From contig OZ025719.1 in assembly GCA_964019335.1 (NCBI GenBank), forward strand, positions 427,450 to 491,449: DNA of 64,000 bases. Direction: 5' to 3'. The notes under the pieces are model-generated. The model did not search any database and was not told the DNA's origin. It worked only from the letters and a program-made list of their open reading frames with translations. Source of the stretch: Diplonema japonicum. Its lineage: Eukaryota > Protista > Euglenozoa: Diplonemea. This document shows positions 10,550 to 22,582 of this stretch, piece after piece; the first letter of the stretch is position 1; every line of letters starts with the position of its first letter. The position numbers were made by a program, and so were the translations under genes.

Positions 10550-12022
10550 ATGGAAGAGGAAGGCAAGGAGACGTTCCTGCCAGTAGCAACGGACCTGCTC
10601 ATCGACATGCTAGTGAGAGAAGGGGGAGGAAAGGAGTGGGAAGACATGGCGGAAGGGTTGCGCATAGTGGTGGGCGTGTACTATGACAGAATAGCACACA
10701 GGATAAGAAAGGCAATGGAAGGGGCAGAGTGCCACCCGAGTGACCTTATACAAGATATGTTGCAGCTCTTCACAGCAGCGCAGTACGGCCCCCTTACCGA
10801 GGCAATGTACAAAGATGCTGAGCAAGGACAGTACAGTTTCAAGTTCCCCTGCGACATTCTGTGGGACTCACTTGACACCACCGCCTTGACCACATACTAC
10901 AGGACGCATCTTGGTGGTGCCTATCTGGACGGCACTCTACCACCGCAATTCAGCAAACACCTTCTTGTCCTTGTTCGAGGTGCTTCTCAAGAACAAGAGA
11001 CGTCCCTCTTCATCACCGAGAAGATCAATCTCCTCATCGAAGTCATTTGGGCTAAGCTACTTGCCAAGATCGGCGTCCTGAAGCCCGACACCACTGCAGC
11101 CCGCCATGTGGCGCACCGCACGTCGCTGGAAGACATCTGCCGCAAGGAAGGCGTCCTCAACGTCTTCCTCAAGAAGATCACCATTTCAGTATGCTGCTGA
11201 CGGAGCATAGTATTTTTCAACAGGAGCCCACCTTCAAGCGTGTCATAGTCGTGCACTTCCCTAAAGAAGAGAAGCAAGCCGAAGAGAACAAGGACACCTC
11301 GTCCTTGAGGAACAGAAAGGAAAGCGCAAGCTCTCCCGAAGCATCCACCACTACAGGGCACGGGAGTGCACACGTGTCGCTGTACGCCAACGTGCCGGTA
11401 TGATGGGGTGCACTACCACATGACACTACAGTACGGCGATCTGGAAGGGGCGTTTCCTTTTAAAGATGTTCACCTGCGTCCGCTGGACAAGCTGACTGTG
11501 GTGGGAATGGGCCTTGCTGCGGTGGTCGTCATTCTGATGACGCTGCAGAGTCTTTGGGAAGGCGAACAGGATGGCAGCGGCCTGATGCTGATGCAGATAT
11601 TCCTTGTAGTTGTTCTGAAGCAGGTGAGCACTCTGTTCACTACATACACAAACCTGCGCACGGCATACATGCGTGAGGTGCACGAGTGGGTGCAGCAGCA
11701 CAACACTGCAGTCGGCATGCCTGTCGTGTCTCAGCTCATTGATGACGTCAAGGCGCAGGAGGTCAAGGAACTCATGCTCGCCTACTTCTTCCTCTGGAAA
11801 CAAGGCCCTTCCTCATCTGATACCCTCGACAGAGTCATCGAGGCCTTCCTCCTTCGGAAGCTTGGTCTGAGCCTCAACTTCGACATCGAAGACGCACTCA
11901 ACAAACTGACAGCACTCAAGATTGCCAGCAAGACAGACAACGTGTTCCAGATTACCCAAACCCCCCAGCAATGGACGACTGCTGTGCCAACAGCACACCT
12001 AGCGAAGCTCCAGCTGAAGTAA
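10550..12022 (+). CDS. DUF3754/TMEM143-like membrane protein (3 exons)
   Basis: Introns 11189-11223 and 11398-11431 (GTATG...ACAG) join ITIS|EPTFKRV and NVP|YGDLE in frame. C-terminal QEVKELMLAYFFL...LDRVIEAFL...FDIEDALNKL is typical of DUF3754. Confidence 0.8.
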
Positions 12023-12214
12023 CTTTGTTGTATAATCCTTTTTTTTCTCACACGGCGAAAACAGAACTTGAGCATTCCCTCGTGGCTATAGGACAACAAA
12101 CGCCCTTGCCAAGGGTGGTGCTCAAGCGGGGCTTGCTCTTTAATATCGCCTTTCTTCTTTATTGTGAACATTGTAGTTTATTACACTACAGTGCATCTAT
12201 CTCAGGCTGCTGTC

Positions 12215-13263
12215 ATGTTGTTCAGTGACACGAACCTGAGCAGTGGCAACGGTATGCATCGCACATCAAGTGACACCGCACAGACCCGCTGTGGCACAGG
12301 ATAGCGACCTTCACCACCAACAAAGAGGCTGAGAAGTACTGCTCTGGCCTCCCTGACGTGGTGAAGGACAAGAGCGGCGGGCAGTACACGTGTCTGGAGT
12401 GCAAGTCTAAGATCCGTATAGAAGGTATAGAGAACAAACATACAGAGAAAGGAACCGCTTGGAGAGTGGAGCGAGAGGCCCTATGCACGTGCAACAGGAG
12501 GAAGGCCAGTGGAAAGTTCACGTGCACACACAAAGGGTGCGGGAAGGTGTTCACGTTCAAGACAAACATGAAGAGACACCTGAAAACACACGACAAGCCA
12601 GCAGCACCGAAAAAAGAGTTCAAGTGCACGCACCTCAGTTGCGACAAGGTCTATAGCACAAAGAACGCCGTCCGTGACCACATGAAGAGGGTGCATGCGG
12701 ACAGTTTGCTGCACACGTGCAAAGCGTGCGGGTACAGTACAAAGATAAAATGGCATCTGACACGACACATAAAAACATCATCTGTCTGCAGTGAGAAGCT
12801 GGGCAAGAAGACACCGCAGCGAGTGCCTCCTGTTACGGCACATACAACAGACACGCCTGCCTCCCCACCCCCTTCCGAAGGTGAACCGGTAGTCACGAAG
12901 GGCCAAAGGCCTTCTTTCACTGTAGGGGACTTCAACTGCAAGTGTGGGTGGACAGCGATTGCTTCCTTTTCGAGAAACTGGCACACGTGCGCTGGGGGCG
13001 CTGGGGTGAAGCCCGTGTCCCCTGAAGAAAAGGCCCAAGCAACACTCAAGGATTTGGAAGAAAAGGGCGTCTTGGGCAGCCACTATGTAACACCCCCCTT
13101 GCGGCCAATGATGCCAGCTAAGCGCAGAAAGCTCGCAGCTGACACAGACACAGAAAGTGAGATGGAACGCCCGAACTTGTTCAGCTTCCGGACGCAGCAA
13201 AAGGCTGGCACGTGGCAGAAGGCAAGGGACAAGAAGGCACTCCTCGCATCTGTGTGTGGCTAA
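12215..13263 (+). CDS. C2H2 zinc-finger protein (2 exons)
   Basis: Intron 12252-12283 supplies an in-frame ATG at 12215. Fingers: CTHKGCGKVF..HLKTH, CTHLSCDKVY..HMKRVH, CKACGY..HI. Confidence 0.8.
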
Positions 13264-13432
13264 CCACCACTTGTTACATAATAATTATATCCACCGGAAC
13301 CAGAGTACAATAGGAAGAAACGAAAAGGAAAAAAGAAAGTTGTCGCAGCAAAACAAAAGAAAAAAAAACGCTATTACTTTTTTTGTATCAATTTTTCATT
13401 TTTTTTTTCTTCAAAGTTCTTCCCCACCCTCT

Positions 13433-13553
13433 GGATGCGGCCATACTCTGGTGGTAAAACACCCCATCCCGCCTGATTTGGGAAGTTAAGCACCAGCAGG
13501 CCAGGTTAGTACTGCGGTGAGTGATCACGTGGGAAGCCCTGGTGCTGCATCCT
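13433..13553 (+). rRNA. 5S rRNA gene (single copy in window)
   Basis: GGATGCGGCCATAC...GAAGTTAAGC...GGTTAGTACT...GGGAA...GCTGCATCC. Terminal helix GGATGCGGC/GCTGCATCC pairs, helix II CTGGTG/CACCAG pairs, length is about 120 nt. Confidence 0.92.
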
Positions 13554-13628
13554 TGCTCCTCTTACCTTCCCCCTTTATTTTTTTATGTTGTTGTTCTGAA
13601 GTTTCTATCTTATAACTAGCCGTGAGAG

Positions 13629-14234
13629 ATGTCGACATTCGTGAAAGATTCGTTCGAGGGGCTGCTGGAAGGCCATGAGAGTGGTGCTGTGAAGGTGGCG
13701 TACAAGTTCGCGATGTTCACGATTGTGGTGCTGACGTTGGTAGGCTGCATCTTGCCCATGGTGGCTCCGGAGACGTGCGGTGTGCCGTACATCCTGTCAG
13801 CGTGCTTGGTGTGCATGCTGTTGCTTGTCCTGACGATGATTAGATGGCACAGGGTGGATGGTATTTCTTTGGGGGGGAAAGAAAAAAAAAAATGCAGGAA
13901 GGGACGCGAAGAATAAGAAGCTCATCTACTGCTTCATGCTTGTGCTGTTCTTGCTCGATATTTACAGCATCACACTGCATGGTGTGTGGGTGGTTAAGAA
14001 AGAAGGGGGGTAAAAAAATACATTTTTCACGCAGAAGTCGTTCCCGACACCTCTTGCCCTGCAGCGCCTCCCACCCCCACCCCTGCGCCTCCCTGCATCC
14101 AGCCCTGCCTTAGGATGCCCACCAACGACCAGTGCCTCTTCAGCGTACACAGCTGCTTTGAAGGCCCACCGATCCGGAACTGCTCTGTGCCCACTCCTCA
14201 CCCCACCCCTGCGCCTACCACCCCACCACGCTAG
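13629..14234 (+). CDS. TMEM243/DUF2678-like 3-TM protein with a Pro/Cys-rich tail (3 exons)
   Basis: Introns 13861-13897 and 13982-14034 give ...MIRWHRVDGRDAKNKKLIYCF..., resembling TMEM243 LIYWYRQGDLEPKFRKLIY. Stop TAG at 14232-14234. Confidence 0.65.
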
Positions 14235-15107
14235 AGCGTGGTCGGTCATGGGGTGAGTATTCTGAATTCTTTGTAGCGATAAAAGAAATATCATCTTCAT
14301 TTTTTTTTTTGTTTTTTTTTTTTTTTTAAACGGAATTTCTTTTAAAAAAAAAAATGAACGGACCAATGAACGGTTTTTGTTTTTTTTTAAACGGAATTTC
14401 TGGAAAAAAAAAATAATCCGTGTGTCATGTTATATTTAAACAAAAAAGCAGGAAGGGGGGAACAGAACACCCAAAAAGAAAAAAACCGTCTATTTTTGTT
14501 GGTGTGTTCAGAAGAAAATGGGGGTGGGGGGGACAAAGGGGGGGTAATAAACATATGAAAAGAAAAAAAAAAGAATCGGGGGAAGGGGAAGAAATAACTA
14601 CTTCGAAAGCTTGTTCGCTTTGTCATTTACCCATTCTCATCACTCTGCAGGAAAGGGGAGCGAGTAGGCGGTCGATTTCTTTTTTTTTTTTTGAAGGCCC
14701 TTTGCCTCAGTAAGCTGCCGTGTCCCTCTCTTCTTATGGACGTGTCCCCCTCCCCTTTCTTAAGTTAGTTCAAGCTAAAAACTTCCCTATATATTTGAGG
14801 TAAAGTGAAGGTTACTTCCCCCTGTCGAGCCTCACCTTAGTTATTATTCTCGTTCTTCTTCTTGTTCTTTTTTTTTTTTTTTTTTTTTGTACTATTTTTT
14901 TTCTCTCTTTTTCTTCGTGACAATCCGTTCTATTTTTTCTTTCTTTTTTTTTTTCTTCTTGCATTTCATTCATTGACGTGAGCGTGAACTTTCTTTTTTT
15001 TTTTCGTGATAATTTATTTGTTGTTTTTATTTTTCCCTTCTTTTTCTTTGATGTTCACACCCACCACAGCGACCACACCGCCGTCGATGCCATAGCAAGC
15101 AGAAAAG

Positions 15108-15674
15108 ATGTGGGTTGGAATGATAGTTAAATTCTCATGCGTTTCCGCGGCATTTGCGGGGATATACGACGCGGTGTCACAAACGGTGGAGCACCTAACA
15201 GAGGAGAAGGAAGAGGGGGACGACAAGGAATGGTACGACGCGGGGAGGACGAAGCGCTACATGTGCGTCCACGCACTGTGGAACGGACCTTACCACGTAC
15301 CAAAGCTTTTGATCATTATGCACGTGGTGCCTGGGGTTGGTCTCACAGCTGCCATTTACCGCACGCTCCTCGCAGACCTCCTCTTCTCGCCCATTGAGTC
15401 TGTGGGTGTTCTTTCCTTCACTCAAATCGCAAAAGACGACTACACCACCGACAATGTCGCAACAAAGCTCTATTCACACCTTCTCCCGTACCAGCTTGTC
15501 AAGTGGACTGCCCACGTCCCCGCTCACTTCCTCACATTCATGTCCACCACCGACGCCTTCTCCGCCTACGTCGTGTCGCTTCTTTACAAATCAGGTGCCG
15601 AGGTCTTCCTGTCGTACATCACAGCACGCGACGTGAGGCGGGTTAAAGAAGAGCTTACACAGCCCACTACTTAG
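15108..15674 (+). CDS. Mpv17/PMP22 family membrane protein
   Basis: DAVSQ...YDAGRTKRY...GPYH...LLADLLFSP...W..HVPAHFLTF pattern with about 4 TM segments. Confidence 0.75.
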   Translation: MWVGMIVKFSCVSAAFAGIYDAVSQTVEHLTEEKEEGDDKEWYDAGRTKRYMCVHALWNGPYHVPKLLIIMHVVPGVGLTAAIYRTLLADLLFSPIESVGVLSFTQIAKDDYTTDNVATKLYSHLLPYQLVKWTAHVPAHFLTFMSTTDAFSAYVVSLLYKSGAEVFLSYITARDVRRVKEELTQPTT

Positions 15675-15689
15675 ATTACACAGCGTAGT

Positions 15690-15725
<36 letters not shown>

Positions 15726-15758
15726 AGAGAAAACGGTGATTACCGCGCAACAGGGAAC

Positions 15759-18139
15759 ATGGAGGGTACGGAGGACCCGAAGGTGTTCTTCAAGGACAGC
15801 CTTGAGGCGGACCCCCTCCCGCTGCCCGAGCATGACGCCGCGTCTATAAAGGACTTCATCAAAAAATGCCAGGAGCTTGCGGAGTCTCGTGCACAAGAGA
15901 TGGAGGTGAAGGACCTTGTCGACGATGTGCTGGGGTGGCGGGTGACTGTGCCTGTGGCCGTGGAAAACCCAATGGACGGCAGTTATCGAAAAGAGGCACT
16001 GTGGTTCGCAGACACCTGCAAGGACTACATCGCAGAAGGGAATGCGTGTTGGGAACGGCTGAAGAGCGAGTACACCGAGAACAAATGGCACGAGTGCCCT
16101 ATCCTGGACTGCGCCACCGACCTCGTCATCGATCACATTGTGCCTCTCACGTTGCTCGAAGAGAAGCTACAGATCGTGACAGGCTGCCTGAATCAGTCCA
16201 GCGCTCTCTACATCGAGAAGGACATGGGATGCTTTTTCACTAGGTACGAGGATAGCCACTACCTTCCTCGCAAGTGGTTAGTGGCAGAGCTTTCGAGGTG
16301 TTCAGTAAACTTGATGTTCATGTGCTCGAAGCATTGCCAAGAAGTGGCTTGGAAGCAAAGCTTTTTGGATGCACACCCTAGCGAAAGGTTTGTGGACACC
16401 GGCTTGGTGCAGAAGCACAAGATGCAGTGGGTGACAGCCGTGCGGAAGGGGACGGAAAACGCCCCGAAAAAGGACTACCCGTTCAAGAAGACGGATCTCA
16501 AGAAGCTTAAGGAGTGCTTCGCTAACCTCGACGAGCAGGCCGTGCTGCTCAAGATGGAACAGCATTACAACACGCGCGACGACAGGAACTTTATTGCTGA
16601 CATGGTGGTGCTAAAGGAGAATAACATACAGCTGCGGAAGAAGGTACCCACACTCCCACCCATATCTAATAGCCACACTGCAGGTCGATGATCTCAAAGC
16701 GGAGCTGCACAACAAAGAGCACTACAACGTGAAGCTGCGGGAGCTACTGAACGTCAAATCTATCGAAGCGAAGGAGTCGGTGTCAGCCGTCAAGAAAATA
16801 CAAGAGGAGAGGTACATTTGTCAACAATAAAAACTTGCACACCAGACGCCTTCGGAGCAAAGCTGAGGCGAAGGTCCTGCTGCTGGAGCAGCAGCTAAAA
16901 GACATGATGCACCAACTGGAAGACGAAAAGAGCTTGACTGCTAGAAGTGCCGAGAGCATCGTCATGACGTTGGTATGTAAACACTAATTTCTTTTTTGTA
17001 TCTTTCGCAGTCTCGGCAGCCGGCCACCCACAACAACGAGCTTCGCATCAGTGGTATTTCGTCAGTGGCAGCGCTTGCTGCAGCTGTCACCACTTACCAT
17101 GTTGTAAGCAGTGAAGAACGTCCCTCCGCTGCTTCGTTGGCACCTCAACTGACGTCTGCGGCAGTTGCTGTTCTAGCATTTTCTGCTGTCACCACGCAGC
17201 AAGGGCAGCCTGCTACTGCAGCACGCGGCACGAACACTGACCCTCTCATCACCCAGCACTTGTTCACGCCACAGATCAACGAGCTTCCCAGAGGACAGGA
17301 ATTGCTTCGTACACTGTGCGAAAAGGACTCCGAGATACATACCATGAGAAAGGACATCTTCGGCACGCGGGAACTAGAGGCAAAGTACAAGAAGTCAATC
17401 GACAGGCTGACACGACAATGCGAAGAGAGCAGCAAAGCTCTGAACGACTACAGGGTATGCACAACAATCTTGGTAACACAAACAGGGAAACACTGAGGAG
17501 TGGAAAGCGAACCAGGTTACGAAGACGGAAGCGCTGCAGAACAGGGTGACGTCCTTGCGGGGGATGCTTACCACTGTGTGCCAGGAGCTGGTGAAGGCGA
17601 AGAAAGGGCAGGATCAGCGTGATCAAAGGTCGCTCCCTGTGGCGATACCAGGGACGTTAGAGAAGACGGTGAGCAGTGGGACCACACGGGCGAGCACTGA
17701 AGAACGGCAGAACACATCGTCGGCCACAGTGGCATCTTTCGCTACTGTGGTTGGATCACCGTCGAAGTGCAGTGTGGAGTCTGACTCAGAGGAGCCCTAC
17801 ATCGAGGGGCACTCTACGTCGCACCCAGACAAGAACAAGGCCAAGGCCAACACACTGATGAAGCGCTCAGAGACCTACCCCGCTGACTACGGGGATATGT
17901 CCCTAGCTTACGACATGCTGGTGTACATCAAGGACATCCAGAACAACCGCTCTACGTCCGTGCAGGTAGAGGAGGCAACCACTTACGCTGAGTTCTACAA
18001 GATGGCACGCGAGAAGATGCAGCTAGACACGTTCGACATTACATACGATGAAGGCAAAGTACTTCCATCCACCAACGAAAGCTTCAATAGCGACGGCCGG
18101 TTCACAGACGGCTTCGTCTTCGCCATTAAACACTTGTAG
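15759..18139 (+). CDS. HNH-like + coiled-coil + C-terminal ubiquitin/PB1-like protein (5 exons)
   Basis: Introns 16644-16683, 16812-16845, 16973-17010 and 17455-17485 join ORFs 15759, 16996 and 17546 in frame. CPILDC..LVIDHIVPL...NLMFMCSKHC is HNH-like. The end LVYIKD...TTYAEFYKMAREKMQLDTFDITYDEG looks beta-grasp-like. Confidence 0.65.
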
Positions 18140-18189
18140 TAGTCAGTTCCCTTTAGCGGACCAATTTACAATAAGACACCTCAGGAAAG

Positions 18190-18812
18190 ATGACAAGGCG
18201 ACAGGCTAGCATCGAGAGGGCACAGACGACGAATTATACAAATACTCAATTACTGAAGTTGATTGGAACCCCGGAGTTCCAGGAATGGCAGAGGGAGCAA
18301 GGCAAAAACGAGTATCTTGAGTATGTTGTACAAAGCAACACCACCTAATAAAACAGGAGGACGACTGCTAATAAATTAAACGAGAGCAACACGAAGGCCT
18401 TGTCCATAGCTTGCCTTGTACTGTGCTTTATTAGTTTGTGGTGCAAATGGGGTAACGCCCTTGGATGGCATTTGCTAGGCGGGATATACACCAGCTTGTC
18501 TCTCATCGGCATGGTGGCAACTTTCGTTGCACAGTTGAGCAACGGCCTTCGCGACAAAGTTGCACTCCCGTGCTGCGCCTTTTTCGTGTCGCTTATGTAT
18601 CATTTAGATGTTTCGGAAGGCGTTGGTGCTGGCCCTGTGGTGGCCACCTGTGCTATCCTGCTTCGCGTTTTCATGAACACGACTTTGGTGCCAAAGCTCA
18701 GGAAGTCGTACTTTTCTTACTACCCACCCCGACCTTCAGCCCCCCTCCCCTCCTTAGATTAAAATTGGGACAGTACTGCATTGAAGCTGCGCACCGCATA
18801 CGACGCATATAG
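18190..18812 (+). CDS. Hypothetical multi-pass membrane protein (2-3 exons)
   Basis: ATG at 18190; intron 18321-18356 joins it in frame to ORF 18400, which has 4 hydrophobic segments. A possible second intron lies at 18708-18757; without it the stop is at 18762. Confidence 0.5.
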
Positions 18813-19207
18813 ATTACACAAACATGACCCTCTCACCCCATGGACACCCAGACAAGCAGCTCAACCCTGACCTTTACAGGTGCTGGCCTTACTCCTGCAA
18901 GGCTATCCATGAAGTGCGTCCTGGCCTGCAACGACTCAGCGGCATCGTTGAGGACCTTGACTGGAATAGGCTTACACACGATGCTGAGAAGAACAGCATA
19001 CAGAAGCACGCTGCAAACAAAGCTAAAAAGAAAGCAAAGTAGATTGGCATGTGCTGTCTGCTTGCTAATTGCTGAGTCCATGGCACCTGCACTGGCCGAC
19101 AGTGCTGATTGCGTAGAAGCTAGAGCTGCCCTGCAGCGTGTAACACTAGTACTAGTCATTCTTTGCATGTCTATAACCTTGAAACACAATTACAGACGAA
19201 CAGATAA

Positions 19208-22200
19208 ATGAAGTGTGCCAACGGTAGCTGGTGCGATAGCGTCACGCCCTTGAAACATGCAAAGAAGGAGTATTCGGCGAGTAGGTTTGTCGATGAACTG
19301 CGCTTTCAGATGACGCAGTACCAGGTGGCAATGGAGGACCAAGCAATGTCACTGAGCAAGAAGCAGGAGAGCGTTGCTAATAAAAACAAGGAATTCGGCT
19401 TTCACTTCGCAAAGGACGTCGACATCAGCATCGACGACAAGATGTTTGATGCCATGTGCGAAATGCAGAAGGACGAAGAGTACTGCCCGCTGCTGACCTT
19501 CCACGGCACCTCCAGCGTAGACGTGGTGAACTCCATTCTCAAGCACGGGTACTTGCTCCCTGGCGAGCCGCATCCTGTGCTTGGCAACATGCACTACTCC
19601 CAGCACGGCAGCTACTACGGCATGGGGGTGTACACAAGCACCAAGAAAGAAATGAGCGCTCTCTACAACACAGTAGACGCTGAAGGCTCGACGTACCTTC
19701 TGCTGAATATCGTTATGTTGGGCAACGTAGAGTGGCTTAAGCACGGGAGGCAGGAAGGTGAGGTTGTACCCAACAGCGAAAACGTCTACGAAGGCAACGT
19801 GCACACCAGGGCGTTGCCTGATCTGCTGGAGGTAATATCAGCTGATCCCAAGCGTGTGTTTCCCGTGGGCTACGTATGCATTAAAGCAAGAGACTGGGCA
19901 ACTCATCACTACAACAACACGAGCGGCAGACTTACCACCATTGGCAGACACTATGACACGTACTCCGCAGACCTGCCTGCTATTGAAGCTAAGCTCATCG
20001 CACGGAACTACTACTTGCTGCTTCCTAAGGAGAAGAAGGCCGTGAAGTACCCTACCGTGCACCATGTTGTTGTCACGGGTGCCTTCCTGAAGTCTAACAT
20101 CAAGGCCTTCACTGACTTCGTCAGCCGTGCAAATGAAAAGACTGTCTTTTACATCTGTGGGAAAACCACAGAAGTATTCGAGTGCAAGAATGCGTCACAC
20201 CTGCACAGTAAAAGAGGCACCTTTACTTCGTCTAAGAAGCCCAACATCTTGTGTGGGCTGGCTGCGGCCATGGAAGCCTGCAATAGCAGCGGGCTTAACG
20301 TGGTGTACTTCTTCGTGCACGACGCAAAAGAGAAGAGGGAGACCACCAAATTCGTGAACACATGGCACCCTGTGGTTGCCAATCTGAAGCTGCACTTGAA
20401 GCTCATCTTTGAAGATGAGGAGCATGATAACAGCTTGTTTGAGCTAAAGACCCTTGACACTATGATGAGCTCGTGGGGTGACTACTTCAGGTACCACACG
20501 ACGCAGACGAAGGACTACATGAACACGTTGCTGGACAGCAACGCCAGAGTGCAGCTCAGTACTACCACCTACAAGATACCTTGTCATGACGGGATCTTCG
20601 GAGAAGGCTTTCTCCACGACCTCACAGCGAACCCCTCATGGGACACCAGTACATCTGCTGTAACGATTCTAAAAGACTCCAAGGGGCTCAAGGTCATAGA
20701 GGTAGATGGACAACTCGTGCAGCTTAGCTACAACGAGAAGGAGAAATGGTCTAGCAGTGAGGTGGACGCTCTCTTTACGTGCCTGTCAGGCATCTTGAGC
20801 AAGCTGAGGTTGTTCGCCTTGACCGATCGTGCTAGGTACATCAAGTACATGCCTGCTTTGTCCATCTTCTGTGACAAGGTCAGCAGCATCATCGAGACCA
20901 CACCTGAACGCTTCAGCACCCTGAAGAGCATGCACTACCTCATTTCCAAATATGTGAACGAGTTCGCCATGATGAGCAAGGTTCCTTTCAAGGGCAGGCT
21001 CTTCGAGAGGTTCCAGTCCTTGAAGCATGGCAAAAGAATTGTCAAGAGAGTGAAGGACATTGACATCGCACTGCTTGAGAAGGAAATAGGCAAGAAGGTG
21101 GAAAGCCTTGAAGACCTGCTCCCTCTGTTGGAGAACATCAAGGGCTATGGCATGCTCACGTTGGACTCTGATGCAAGCAAAGTAGAGCCTTGGAACCTCA
21201 TGGTCGGCCACGTGTCGGGAGACATCTTCAGCTTTGCGGAAGTGTACAGAAACAAGGAGTTAGGAACGAGGCTGCTTGATAGCGACAAGAAAAAGATCAA
21301 CAATATCTTGGTGACATCTGATATTACGCCGCAGCTGAAGAAGGTGTATTTGGCATACCTGTTCACGGGCAACCCTTACTTGTTCGTGCCATCGCAGGCA
21401 TCGGCCTTGTACACCACTGTATTCGTGCACCTTTTAGAGAACATTCTTGTGCAGGCTACGAAAGGGCTCAACTTTCGCATCGAAGAAAAGCTTGCTTTGG
21501 CAGGAACACTGCTGCACAAGGCTAGACCGAGCAAGGCATTGCTTGAAGGTCTAGAGGGCACAACAAACATCGAGGCGTATCTGACGGAGGGCAACGAGAT
21601 GACTTCCACGAACATGATTTTCGTGCTGCTGCGCGACAAGGAGGTCTACAAGCAACTGGCGTCAAAGCGCTTCGTTTTCGCCTTGCTCTGCGAGAGTGTG
21701 ATGCGAGCATGCAAAACCTACTGCAAGGTACTGAAGACAAGCAGGACAAAGATCTTTGAGATGCTCATCGGTGATAGCGGCCTCAACACTGCAAAGGCAA
21801 AGAACGTCAGCGGCAAGTTCTATCAAAGGAGGTTCGCAAGCAACTCGCCTTTCAGCATTGTGAGCGTGCTGGAATACCTAGACCGCATACACAGCGGGGT
21901 GAGCATTGCCGAGGTGGCCATGTTGTATGAAAAGCGTGAGATCAGCATGAAGAACTTCCTGTGCAAATATTACTGTGAAGAAGAGGGCACGTCTGTGCAG
22001 ATCGCGCTGTTCCTGCAAGGGCTGCTGTATAATAAGTCATTGCTGCGGCAGAAGATGTCCAAGTTCGAGCCTGTGGAGGTCATCAATGCATCTGTTGAAA
22101 AGCACAAGGAACACCAGAAGATGGTCAAGTGTCTCGCTGAGGCGAGGGAGAAAGCGAAGGACCACCGTCAGAAGACGCTGCTTGAGCGCAGACTGCGGAA

Positions 22201-22582
22201 GATAGAGGACATGCAGGAGTACGTGGATGCCCATGAGGGGTGGCCAGAAGTGTTCACTGTAAAGGAAGTAGCCGACATCAACGCCACACGAGGCCCCACG
22301 AAGCAGCTCAAGCTGCGTCCCAACGGCCTCCTCGCCAACACGTGTTGCTTCAAGCATTGCCCGAACTACATGACTATGATGACGGAAAGTGACGTTTACC
22401 ACCATGTTGGCTTTATCCACATATACCTGCGTGGGGACTTTATAAAGGCGCACAATGCCTCCCTGAAATTGTCCAAAACCTCTACCTCACGTGGAAGCCT
22501 TCAGGCGGACATCAAAAAGCTCACCCGTGATGCGGCAGAAGCAGAGCACCTTACTGATTTTTATCTCAGCAACCAGCACTGA
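19208..22582 (+). CDS. PARP-like ADP-ribosyltransferase domain + degenerate vWA-like region + uncharacterised helical region with C-terminal Cys/His motif
   Basis: TFHGTS...ILKHGY...GSYYGMGVYTS...SALY...LLNIVMLG...LEVIS..RVFP gives an H-Y-E ART fold. C-terminal motif GLLANTCCFKHCPNY. Uninterrupted 1124-aa ORF. Confidence 0.75.
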   Translation: MKCANGSWCDSVTPLKHAKKEYSASRFVDELRFQMTQYQVAMEDQAMSLSKKQESVANKNKEFGFHFAKDVDISIDDKMFDAMCEMQKDEEYCPLLTFHGTSSVDVVNSILKHGYLLPGEPHPVLGNMHYSQHGSYYGMGVYTSTKKEMSALYNTVDAEGSTYLLLNIVMLGNVEWLKHGRQEGEVVPNSENVYEGNVHTRALPDLLEVISADPKRVFPVGYVCIKARDWATHHYNNTSGRLTTIGRHYDTYSADLPAIEAKLIARNYYLLLPKEKKAVKYPTVHHVVVTGAFLKSNIKAFTDFVSRANEKTVFYICGKTTEVFECKNASHLHSKRGTFTSSKKPNILCGLAAAMEACNSSGLNVVYFFVHDAKEKRETTKFVNTWHPVVANLKLHLKLIFEDEEHDNSLFELKTLDTMMSSWGDYFRYHTTQTKDYMNTLLDSNARVQLSTTTYKIPCHDGIFGEGFLHDLTANPSWDTSTSAVTILKDSKGLKVIEVDGQLVQLSYNEKEKWSSSEVDALFTCLSGILSKLRLFALTDRARYIKYMPALSIFCDKVSSIIETTPERFSTLKSMHYLISKYVNEFAMMSKVPFKGRLFERFQSLKHGKRIVKRVKDIDIALLEKEIGKKVESLEDLLPLLENIKGYGMLTLDSDASKVEPWNLMVGHVSGDIFSFAEVYRNKELGTRLLDSDKKKINNILVTSDITPQLKKVYLAYLFTGNPYLFVPSQASALYTTVFVHLLENILVQATKGLNFRIEEKLALAGTLLHKARPSKALLEGLEGTTNIEAYLTEGNEMTSTNMIFVLLRDKEVYKQLASKRFVFALLCESVMRACKTYCKVLKTSRTKIFEMLIGDSGLNTAKAKNVSGKFYQRRFASNSPFSIVSVLEYLDRIHSGVSIAEVAMLYEKREISMKNFLCKYYCEEEGTSVQIALFLQGLLYNKSLLRQKMSKFEPVEVINASVEKHKEHQKMVKCLAEAREKAKDHRQKTLLERRLRKIEDMQEYVDAHEGWPEVFTVKEVADINATRGPTKQLKLRPNGLLANTCCFKHCPNYMTMMTESDVYHHVGFIHIYLRGDFIKAHNASLKLSKTSTSRGSLQADIKKLTRDAAEAEHLTDFYLSNQH

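Noticed and set aside
18824-19211. Overlapping short + strand ORFs upstream of the ART gene
   Set aside because: Cannot decide which frame, if any, is real; no motifs.
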